DNA of 64,000 bases from Lama glama. Lineage: Eukaryota. This document shows, piece after piece, positions 24,807 to 35,673 of the stretch. A program made the position numbers and the translations under genes. Position 1 is the first letter of the stretch. Every line of letters starts with the position of its first letter. The stretch covers positions 20,400,001-20,464,000 of the forward strand of contig CM052832.1 in the NCBI GenBank assembly GCA_028534125.1, written 5' to 3'. The notes under the pieces are model-generated. The model saw only the letters and a program-made list of their open reading frames with translations. It searched no databases and was not told the DNA's origin.

Positions 24807-27787
24807 TATTTCATTTTTACAAATTAATGATTACTGATTCGTGTGAAGAGTAAAACAAAATCTTCCATGGTAGGGGAGCTGCCTGAAGACCCTTTACCGT
24901 TGTTTTTGTTGCTGTTACTGGTGTGCTCACGTGTGCATACGTGTATGCAGGGAAAATTACAGGAAATCTAGAGAAACAGAACAACTGGCTGACCTAAACC
25001 CACTACCCTAACACAACCACTTCTACCATTTTGTCGTCTTAAATTCCATCCCTCCCGCTGCGCATAATCATCACAAACAGCTGTCCTGCTGGAGTCAAGT
25101 TGTACCACTGCTTTCACCTGACAGAGCTTACAGACTGGAAGAGGACAGGGACTCGCTCACGTGCACCATCACCGGATGGTTCTCCGTGGCCCAGTGTCCA
25201 CCTGCCACGCCACCTTCCATCATCCACCCAGGGCCAAATGACAGCGAAGGCAGAGCCTTAAGGCCAAGAGTCAGGCACAGTGGCAAATGTTAATCCGGCC
25301 AGCAAGGAAGCACTCTGTTAGGGTAACTTTTCTCCCACGCCCTAACCCATTAGACGTTTCTCCAGTCCGTATTGGATGGAGATGAACTCAACTCCCACAG
25401 GCTTGGAAATGGAGCGCATCTCCCAGTGCTTTTGCCCAATAGTGTGAGCAAAGCTGGTCACAGTCTAGGACCATTACTTCCAAAGGGAGCAACACATGAA
25501 ATCCGACCACCGGTCACTGAGGCAATATTTTTTAAAAGGCCACTGCTGTGAAAATGGGATATGAGGGCAGAAACATTTTGATTCTTATGGAAAATAGCTC
25601 AGTAAACATTCCATCCTATTTCACAGCAAATATGTTTCACCTTCTTGCACACAACCCTTGTCTGCTCTCCTCTGGGGTACTTCGAGCTTTTAAAAAATTG
25701 AATAAAAATAAAAGAAAACAACAAATAACTTCCTTCCTTCCTCTTTCCTTCTTTAGAAATTTCCATATGGCTAGAGTTTCTTTTAATATCTTTAGCCCCA
25801 TTAAACTCAGTACTAGTTAATGGAAAAACAGCCACTCCCATTGCTGGAAAAGGTAAAACTTAATTCACTATTAATGCTTTCAAGACACCAAGGAAAAAAA
25901 AAATCAAGGTTATTACTAGAAAGTCAGACAACTGCCTTTGTATTCATTCCAACAGCTGTTTGACATGCGTGGAGGCCAAGTAAGGAAAATTCAGATAAAT
26001 CCCTCAACGCAGCGGAGTTATCCAGGGGGCAGAAAGGGGTTATGTGCTTGGCGGGGGGGCAGTGCTACATCTACCCTTGAGAGGCGATTTTTAATGTGAA
26101 AAGTAAAGCTCCTTGTTTTACAGATATTAACACATATTTTTAGACACATAAAATGTGACCATTTGATGCCTGCTTTACACCAGAGAATCCATGACTAAAT
26201 TAAGAGCCTTGCTCAGGGTCCCAACTGGACAGTGACCCATCAAAATCAGAGGCTTGGCCCCTTTGTTAACGCCCTTAGCCCTCCCTTCTTACACCTCTGA
26301 GACCACTTGCTGAAATTCCAAATAATATGTTTACCAGGGCAGTGATGCTACGTTGATCACACAGATTACCCATATCTATTCACACCTCTGTACTCAAAAA
26401 TCATCCAATCGGCCTATTTAAGAATCAGATTTCGAAGATACAAGAAGTGATGTCTGAGTGGTACAACAGATCTCTTCCTCCTCCATCTCAATAAATACCA
26501 ATTTTAGACAACCAAAGCAATCATTACTTGAAAAAGTCTTGTTTCTGACAAAATAGAAAAAAAAAATCAATGTAATTATATGAGATGTATCTTACGCTTT
26601 AATTGTTGTTAAGTATAGTGCCTTATCGACAGAGTTTCCCTGGATCTCAGTTTATGAGCTTTTACATTACTCAGATAACTTGCAGAGGAGAAAAAAAAAA
26701 TCCATCATGTTACTTAAAAGAACTGAAGCAGCATTGTGTCCCAGTCATTACGGCCCTTGACGGCGCTCATAATGATGAATGCATCATTTTTCTTGCATGA
26801 AACTTTGGTAGCAAATAGCACAGCCAAGTCTTTTCCAGCACTGTTATTCTGTTTTAAAAAACACTGACATTTTCTTAAACAGACATAATTTACAATTTTA
26901 AGGAGCACAACAGTGCCTTGGTGTTCGAGGGCCAGAAAGCGAACAACACCCCTTTCAGTTCAATTTTTTGAAAAGGGAATCTCGTGCTTAGTGAGTTCAC
27001 TATAGCTTAAGGCCAGAGAGACAGAGCCGAGGGAGAACAGAGCACCGCTGCAGCATGTGAAGGTCATGACTAACCGGTCACGTTACAGTCAGGGTCAGAG
27101 CCAGACGGAGCGCCAGGAATAAGAGAAGCGCGGGAGAGCAGAGCGCGCCCGGCACGAGAGTCGGGGAGGCATCAGAGCTGTGCCATTTCCTCACGGGGAT
27201 AGAAGCGGTCCAAGATGCCCTTCTACCAGCCCCGTGAGGGAAGCAGCAGCCTCGCAGGTGCTCCTGCGCATCAGATCCCTCAAGCAGGCTCCTCTGTAGA
27301 TATCACACAAAGGGAACCTCGCCAGTGTCAGTGTGCCTGGATCAATACCTGGAGCAGTGTTCGATTTCCAAAGGGGTCAGCCCAGCCCAAGCAGATAAGT
27401 GGAAATCTGTACAGGATGCTGCAGGTCTGCTGTCTGGACGAGACCTTAGAAGCTAAGGTTATGTGTAAAGTCTAAACCCCCCAAGGTGTTATGTCTAAGA
27501 CAGCTGATGTGTTTTGTTGCCCTCAGTGAAGCTTTTCTTCCTATATTTCCTAATAATCTGTTATTAAATAGCTGTGTTTTATGGCTGGAGAAAAGGTCTG
27601 TGAAGGCATGGTGTACATATAATTGCAAACATATAATCTATGTTTCAGTATTATGCATGTGTACATATCCTTGTGTATATATACAGGTGTGTACACACAT
27701 ACACCTCACACATCTCATTTCCCTATGAGGATATTTTCGCTTTTTCTCTAGATGTACACATGTTAATCTAACTTAAGACACCTAACA

Positions 27788-27941
27788 GGGGAGAGTGTAT
27801 AGCTCAGTGGTAGAGTGTGTGCTTAGCATGCATGAGGTCCTGGGTTCAATCCCCAGTACCAACATTAAAAAATGACTAAACAAATAAACCTAACTACCTC
27901 GCCCTCCCCCCTAAGAAGTCTAAAAAAATGAATAAATACAT
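27788..27941 (+). mobile_element. Camelid tRNA-derived SINE (vic-1 type)
   Basis: ggggagagtgtatagctcagtggtagagtgtgtgcttagcatgcatgaggtcctgggttcaatccccagtacc; same aaacctaa(c/t)tacctc tail as the copy at 7639; degenerate TSD ACACCTAACA / ATACCTAATG. Confidence 0.93.
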
Positions 27942-28039
27942 ATACCTAATGACCTTCCACTCCCCAAAAAAAGTTTTAAAAAAAGGCACCAAACAGAAGT
28001 TCAGAATCCAGAATGATGTTACCAACGTGCGGTATGTAG

Positions 28040-28520
28040 CGATTCATCTGTTTTGCCATCATCTATTAAGCCCCTCCAGTGCTCCAGGCATTATCTCGGA
28101 ACCTGAGTACACAGACTCGACCCCTTTCATCAAGACACTCATAGCCAGATGAACACATTACAACCACAAACTCAATTCTAAACCAGTCTATGAAGTCCAC
28201 CAAAATGTGGAGGGGAATGGGCAGAGTGGTAGAAGGAAGGAGGGGGCCGAATGGGCATGCATTAATAAAGAAGTCCCCTTGCAAGGATCTATTTTGGGTT
28301 TGGAAAGATGGGAGAGGGAAGTTTACCAGTTAGACAAAGGAAAGAGAAACACTAGGCAGAGAGATAGGCTAAGGTGACAACTTCCTGCTCACCTGGTTCA
28401 GGTAAAATGTCAAAGTGCAAGGCCTCCAGGGGTGGAAAGCCAGGCAGGATAGGCAGACAGGAAATAACATGCCAGGACATGCCCAGGGCTACAGGGTGAG
28501 CCGGCTGTCTTTTATCCTAG
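28040..28520 (-). mobile_element. L2 fragment
   Basis: attcatc...ctattaagcccctcc...ccaggca...cacag...catcaagacactcatagccag, followed by purine-rich antisense L2-like body. Confidence 0.6.
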
Positions 28521-28678
28521 ATAGCGTTACCCAAGTGTCTGGAAATCAGTACCATAGATATTTAGTAGGTTAAACCTGAAAAGGGATTCCATGATTAACT
28601 GCATTAAGAAAATTCTGAACTGAACCAGTTTCTTCACTGTAGAATTCTTCAGAATCAGCTCCGATATAAAAGCACATG

Positions 28679-28893
28679 TAAAAACACATTACTATATATA
28701 AAATAGTTAAATAGCAAGCACCTACTGTACAGCACAAGGAACTATATTCAGTTTCTTCTAACAACATATAATGGGAAAGCATCTGAAGAGAAAAAACATA
28801 TATACATGTATGTATATGCATAATTAATCACTTTGCTGTACACCTGAAACTAACATTGTAAATCAACTGCACTTCAATAAAAAAATTTAAAAA
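28679..28893 (+). mobile_element. LINE-1 3'UTR fragment with TSD
   Basis: actatatataaaatag; cctactgtacagcacaaggaactatattca; tcactttgctgtacacctgaaactaac; TSD AAAAGCACATG at 28668-28678 and 28894-28904. Confidence 0.93.
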
Positions 28894-31749
28894 AAAAGCA
28901 CATGGAATCCCCAAGAGGGGGTTTCAGGACATCAATTTTTTTTTTAAAGACAGATTCAGCCATTTATTTATTTGCTAAAGTTCCTCTCTGATTCCCAGCC
29001 CTTTAGGAAATGCTGATAGAAATGCTGGATGAACAGTGAAATGATTTAAACCACAGAGCAAAAGAAAGACCTTATCAGTCTGTACTCTTGACACTTTGGA
29101 CACTATCCTCTGGTGACGACGTGAACAGGACTAGGCCTGGTGGCAGAGGACTAATTAAGCAGCTATTGGTGATCAAGAATAAGGTCCTCATCTATGGCAG
29201 AAGGAATGGAGAGGGAAAAAGAAAATAGTTTCAGCAAGTAACAGGTTGTCGCATCATCCTTACCCAGTGACTGATCTGTGACTTAGAACACCGTAACATG
29301 CCCCAAATGTATCCTGAAGGGCAGTGATACAATTAAGTCACCGTTAGTTTGCGCTTTGTCAACTCTTCTCCTGGAAAAATCAGATTTGGGGCCAAGAAAG
29401 CCTATCTCATATTATTCCCCCCAAAGTTAAGAGTAGGAAGAGCATGACAGGGGAATAACCGTCTTTTCCTGTTTTGGTGCAGAAACCAATGAGCCCAGAC
29501 AAGAGCAGAACCCCGAGGCTGGTGTCCACGGAGTCCGAAGAACAGGTCTCCGCACCTGAGAGGTCAGCGAAGAAACCCTCTAGTGTAAATGTCGAGTCAC
29601 CAAAAGCCACCAAATCCAGAGCAGAATGGATGAGGGCACAGAGAGGTGGGAAAGCTCAATGGAAAACCAAGAGTATCCAAGTCATGTAACAAAAGAGGCA
29701 AATGAGAGATCAGACCCACTGCTCTGCAGCCAGAGGTGAAAAGCAGAAAGAGGATTGCGTATTTCCTGTGTATCAACCTTGACAAAAGGTGAATCTGCTC
29801 TCAGTGTGCGTAACTTCCAAACATCTTCCGGTATCTCGAATGTAGAGAAAGTTCCTCAAATTACCAAGGACAAGGAGAGGCTTTGGAGTGTGCAATTTGG
29901 AAGAGGCTGTGGAGAGAGAGGTGGGAAAAAACCTCTAAGGATAGATTTTAGGAATGTCCATAAAATGAATGCAAGCAAGGGGTGCTTCCCTCCACACACG
30001 CTGCTCACCGCATCAGCCCTTTTCTTTTTTTAATCCCCAAAATGTGCTCCCCACTCAAAATTCAGAAATCTTGCAAGAGATAGCATGACTACTTGTTTTC
30101 TGATTTGCAAGGTCTATGGAAACCTTCATACACATTTTGCAGATTTATCCGAACCAAGTGTCAGTCAGAAACCCTGATCTCGAAGGCATTCGGCACACAT
30201 CAAGTTATCTTGCTCTTTTCTTCAGGGATTTCTACTCTTTTCCTGCTGCCTGGATGGGTCCATTTGATCTGAGGGCCTTGTGGACCCGTAAGCACTGTCT
30301 CACTTTCCCTTCCTCGCTGGAGGTCTATCTCTTGCCTGTAAAGATTACGGGGAATTTGAATTGAAATGAGAATTTCAAAAGTGGCAGAAGCTGCTCCGAG
30401 CCGGAGCTGTTCGTGGGAACGTCAGTCCTGAATAAGATCCCGGATCAAAGCCACAGTCTGTGTTCCATGGGAGCTTTTGGAAACTATTTAGAATAAAACA
30501 AGTGGAGGAAAACTTCGCCTTGTGCCGAACTGCAGGCCTCTGATTAAGCTCACATCAAGGCAAGGCCGTCAAGTTTTACAGTGAGCCCGGATGCTGGGCC
30601 AAGAGCCGCAGTCTTTTTGATTATATGTAGTTTTTTAATCCTTTCCTTCCCAAAGGGAATGAGGTTGCCTACCAAAAAGTCACACCTGATCCTCTCGGTT
30701 CCCTTTGAAGATGCTCACTTGCCCAGCCTATGTTGCTTTCATCTACGGAAGCTGCATAATGACGCAGTTTGGGATGAAGAGAGCGGGTTTAGGAATGAGT
30801 TAAACTAGGAGAAAATGCTTCTAAATTGAGTTTGGGCGTCACCCACGAAGGGAGCACAAAAGAAGGGAAGATGTAAGGGAGAGATTTAACCAAGGGCCCC
30901 TGCGACTGGCGACTCTGCCCCTTTGTTTCTATTGGTCAATTGCTTGCAAGAGGTTTTCTCCACTACAGTAAGCTGGGGGGTCTTCTCACCTGGATCTTAG
31001 CGAATCCAAGAAGGCTACTGGAAGCATTCCTTCTCAGTGTCTTCCAGATTCAATGTAGACTATAAAACCCAATACGTTCGGTTCTGCTGTACTGCGGATT
31101 TGGGTAACTAAAATTAGTGACTCATTCTGTAATACAGTTTTCTAAGTAGAACAATGTTAGTGAACTGCAGAAGTCAGCTTGGTTTATATGGGATTCCTGC
31201 TCTCCCCACCCCCAGGCATGAATGGGTACAAAATAGGAGAAGTAGAATTATAACCTTCAGGAAGAAAGGAAAAAAAAAAAATCAGTTCAGCCAATACAGT
31301 ACTGTACTTGGAGGAATCTGAAAGGCGAGGCCAGTCTTCTGGGCTCTTACTTCAAGCTGCCTTGGAATGCCTACCCCTCTTGCCCATTTTATTGTCAGCC
31401 TCACCACCCCAGACCTCTCCACACCCATTAATGCTGCTCTCGTTACAGTGTTGCCAGATTTCTTCTGTAATGGTTTTGCTTAGTTTTAATATCCATGGTG
31501 GCAGCTTTCAGCAATGCTGAGCTTCTGCCTAGGCCATCTGAATGAACACCCCAGGAATAAACCATTATTCTGTTATTTTAGTGCTTTGATTACAAAGATC
31601 TGCTGGACAGTCTCTTTCCCTGAACTCTATTTTTTTAATGTGCATTTTTTTTAGGAACAAACATTGTGTTACAGAAGAAATGGCTGTATTCTCTTTCTAC
31701 TTATTTCTCATCATCACCTTCACATTCATTGCCACTGAAATCATCACTA

Positions 31750-31940
31750 ACCACACATTTAGAGTGACTGCTATATGTCAGCTACTATGCTAAGCATCTC
31801 ACTGTTCTGATTTCAGAGGATCCTTACATGTCAACCTCATGAAGGAATCAGCAATCTGAAGGAGTTCCTTCCAGATCATTCTGCTTGATCAATGGTAAAC
31901 CCAGGATTCAGATTAGGCCAGGGGACTGTGTTCTAAATTA
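31750..31940 (-). mobile_element. MIR
   Basis: acatttagagtgactgctatatgtcagctactatgctaagc...ccaggattcaga. Confidence 0.6.
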
Positions 31941-32021
31941 TCCACAGGGAGCAGTATCACCTTCGGACGTGGATAAAGGGTAAAACTCAGGGGAAGACAA
32001 ATTCTGAACCTGGAATACTTT

Positions 32022-32122
32022 ATTGCTACTCCAGATGGGATCTGTCTCCTGGCAGCATCAGTGTCACCTCAGAATCGGTTAAAAATGCAAATTCTCAGGT
32101 ACCACCCAGACTTATGAATGCC
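32022..32122 (+). mobile_element. MER5A-family fragment
   Basis: gcagcatcagtgtcacct...gttaaaaatgcaaattctcaggtaccacccagac. Confidence 0.75.
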
Positions 32123-32295
32123 AATTTTATTATCTTGCTCAGTTCTTAATCTGAACCTTGGAAACATGAGAGGACATGTGGTTGTTTACAGGAGTCATGA
32201 ATCCAAAAGAGCAGCGGGCATCACCTAAACAATAAATATGCGTCTTGAGAATTTAATTTGTATAAAAGTATAAAAATACTTTTCAGCCATTTTAA

Positions 32296-32356
32296 TGTAT
32301 GTATGTGTATGTATGTATGTATGTATGTGTGTGTGTGTATATATATATATATGTAT
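32296..32356. repeat. (TATG)n(TG)n(TA)n compound microsatellite
   Basis: Read directly from the sequence. Confidence 0.9.
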
Positions 32357-32549
32357 CAGTAGTAGTTCTGGGTCCAAATGTTTTTCTATTGCTGTATATA
32401 CTTTCTCATGTAACAGATACTAGCAGTTTTAGTATATGAACACCCATGGAAATTTTTTTTTAATTAAAAAGAATCTTTAGAGTTAAAAAGATAGGGAGCA
32501 AATAATATGTTTCAAACTCCCATCTGATGCTGAATTTCCTGTTCCATAT

Positions 32550-33880
32550 ACTTGTCAAGTGGTCATTAGTTTGTGTCTGAGGACTGCTACTGAAAAGAAT
32601 CTTATTTCTCATCAGGCAGTTCATTATTTTTAGACAATTTAATTTTTTAAAGTTCTTTCAATATTGAGTTTAATCATACCTCATTATACTAATTTCACTT
32701 CTAGAGCTAAAGAAAATGAGGAGCCCAATCTCTTATCATGTCTTCAAATATTTGAAGACATAACATATCTTCTCTGGCCTAAACATCATAATTAGCTCTT
32801 TGAACTATTATTCATTCAACATAATTTCCAGATCCTTTTGTCCCTTTAAAATATAGTCCTCAAAAGATAGCTCAATAGGTGAAATGGGATCTTTACCACG
32901 ACAGATAAAGCTGTTTTCTTCCTTGTTAGAGGTGATACTTGTCTATAAAGGCAAAGTGACTTACAGTTTTGGGTATTTCTCTGAAACCTAAATATCAACC
33001 AAATAGGCAGACCTTTTTACTTTAACTGCTCTAAGTCAGATCCTCAACATCCTTCCACTTGATTTGATTTTTTTTTAAACCTAAACTGAGGACTTTGACA
33101 TCGGCCCCTGTATTTTTCACACGGGGTCTATTTCACGTGGGTCTATGATTTCAAAGCGGAAACACTCCATTTTGATCCTGACCCCAGGTATCAGCTCTCT
33201 CTAAACTTCTTGTTTCTTGAAAAAGAAAAATGAAATGACTTCCTATTAATGCATTTTTCTTAAGCCCTTCCAGTGACTGATTATTTTCTCAACACCCACA
33301 AACAAGATGTATAAGTAATTCACTCGAGGATTTGTCAGGAATCAGACAGAAGATCACTAACCGTAAAGGCCTGATCGCCAGGTCCTTACCATTTAGATGC
33401 CAGGCAGCTGGCGCTGGACCCGTTCTTCATAACTCCTCAAAGATTCTGAGTAATGGCCCTACAATAACATCTGGAAATTATTTCAGTCTCCTGGAATAAT
33501 CTAAGCCTGAAGACAGGAACTCATTTAAAGCAAATAGATGTCTCTTAAGTATCTCTCTTATCTATCTTTGGATCCAATACCCTTTTTACCATCTCTGTTC
33601 TGCCCATTTTAAATCTGAAGATCATTCTTTTGTGAAGACACAAGAAAAATCACTGTTTACTCTGTTTCACTGTGTCACTTATTAATATTATATAACATGC
33701 CCTTTGCTTACATTCTCTTAGCTCTAAATATGCATAACAGAGTGTCTTCAGTTATCCTTAAAAATGCTTGTGCATTCCTTGCCTTTTTTCTTCTTGAAAT
33801 TATTCATGCTGCACTGTGCCACGTCCCCTTACCCACTCTGGGCCGTAGGCCCCCTTCTGCATATGCTGTCTCATTCCTAA
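32550..33880 (-). mobile_element. L3/CR1 LINE, long ancient fragment
   Basis: Collinear antisense L3 landmarks: tggtcattagtttgtgtctga; aggcagttcatt; aaagttctttcaatattgag; cttcaaatatttgaagaca; ctaaacat; tttccagatcc; tgtccctttaaaat; aacctaaactgaggacttt. The extent beyond ~33250 is less certain. Confidence 0.75.
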
Positions 33881-33989
33881 AGCACCGCTTCATCCAACTA
33901 AACTAAGATTACAATTGGGGAGAGGGGAGTATTTTAAACCTAAATGTCAACCAAATATCCCTGATCTTTCCACTTTAATCCTTATAAAG

Positions 33990-34760
33990 ATGAATCCTCA
34001 ATGTCTGCCCACAGGCACTTCATGTCAACACATCCAAGATGGAAGCAGTTGTCTGTTTCTCCATCACAGTTCACTGTCTTGCAATCCTTATCCAAGTTAA
34101 TGGCACCACAATCTAACTGGTCACCCAGGGCAGAAACTAGGAGTGATGCCTTGGCTCTTGTTTCCCCTGGTGCTCTACATTCAACCACTCAGCAAATTCT
34201 CCCAATGAATCCCTTCACATTTGTCTCAAATACATCCTTTCCCCTCCAGTTTCTCTGCCACTTAGTTAGTTCAAGTCTAATAGCACCCTTTTTTCTTAAA
34301 TGTTGCAATCATCTTTCAATGATATGTCCAATTCCAGATTAATTCCTCTATAAAGTCTCCTCCATTATCAATATAATAATACTGGATATGGATGGATGGT
34401 ATCTACACTGCTCAAAATCTATAAATGGCATCTCACTGGATACAGGTTAACATCCAAGGTGGATTTTACCTTTGCCTTGAATCTCCACCCACCTGACATC
34501 TCAGCAAAAATGTTCTCCTTCAAAATTTGGGTAAATTCTCCCCAGTCTCTTAACTTTTTTTAAATGATCCATCAAGACTTAATCTGCTACTCCTTCCTTT
34601 GGTCCATCAGTGGACCATGGAGATGCATCTATTATACTATTTATTAAACTCGATGGTAAGTATTTATTTGTATTTCCATTTCTGGCATAGGCTATGTGAT
34701 CATGGAAGGTAGGATCATGGCTTGTTCATGTCTCAATCCACTCCCTCATACATGTATACC
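33990..34760 (+). mobile_element. L2 3' region
   Basis: caggcacttcatgtcaacacatccaa; ttaatggcaccacaatc; cagaaactaggagtgatgccttggctc; ctgctcaaaatctataaatggc; catggaaggtaggatcatg. Confidence 0.85.
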
Positions 34761-34762
34761 AG

Positions 34763-34935
34763 TGCAGTAGGCAAAATAATGTCCCCCTCTAAAAAAAGAT
34801 AGCTACATTTTAATTCCCCAAACCTGTGATTATGTCATGTGGCAAAAAGCAATTAAGGTTGCTAATCATCGGACTTTATGAAAAGGGAGATTATTCTGCA
34901 TTATCTCATAAACCCAAAGCAATCACAAGGGTCAA
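34763..34935 (+). mobile_element. MLT1D/E-like LTR, 5' fragment
   Basis: tgcagtaggcaaaataatgtcccc; aacctgtgattatgt; aattaaggttgctaatc; gggagattattctgcattatc; aatcacaagggtc. Confidence 0.8.
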
Positions 34936-34949
34936 TATCAATCTGGACC

Positions 34950-35302
34950 TCCCATGTGGTCCACAAGGAAGAAAGGAAATGGTAGTTTAAGCCTAGGAAG
35001 GATGTTTCCTTGTTTGTGCTCTCACTCTTGTTCTCTGCTACACACACAAAAAAAAAAAACAGTCTGTGAGAAGGAAGACAGGCAATAAGAAAGGGAAATG
35101 ACTGAATGTGTCTAGTCACTAATCTGAGACTCTCAGTCCCTTCAGGATCTGAGGTCTATATGAGGTGTGGCTCTGACTCCTAACCCTCCCCAGGCTCAAT
35201 TTTGTGACTAGTCCAGGATCGTGTATCCACATCTCCTATTTTGCTTAAGTCATTTGAAATTAGGTTTATGTTTCTTGCAACTGAAAGAGTCCTGACAAAT
35301 AT
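34950..35302 (+). mobile_element. MLT1J/K/L-like LTR, 3' part
   Basis: Terminal ttgcttaagtcatttgaaattaggtttatgtttcttgcaactgaaagagtcctgacaaata. Confidence 0.7.
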
Positions 35303-35492
35303 AAACTATCATCATGTAAGTCAGGGTAATTACAAAAAAATAAAATCCAAGTGATTCACAAAACCTGGGTCACAACACCCGGAGACAGGTAAAGTTACTC
35401 CCATTGTTGGAATGGCCTGGAAGGTCTTCAGAGAAAGCTAATGAATGCTTTTCATTGTTGCAGGTCCACAATTAGCCTTCCTTAGCCTACAG

Positions 35493-35673
35493 CACTGGTT
35501 CTTAAAATGTGGGCTCTGACCAGCAGTATCACCTGGAGACATACAAGCATCAAACATTCTCAAGCTCTACTCCAGACCTATCTCAGCAGAAATTCGGGGA
35601 GTGGGGCCAAATCCACTGAGATTTAACAAGTCATTCAGGTGATTCAAGTGCTTCCTAAGGTTTGAGACCCTCT
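35493..35673 (+). mobile_element. MER5A
   Basis: cactggttcttaaaatgtgg; accagcagtatcacctgg; ccagaccta; gtggggcc; tttaacaag...caggtgattc...tttgagac. Confidence 0.85.

Noticed and set aside
26019..26062. CTCF-like cores (TATCCAGGGGGCAG; also ACCAGATGGCGG near 39907)
   Set aside because: Two to three mismatches in the 5' part of the motif; not supportable without ChIP or conservation data.
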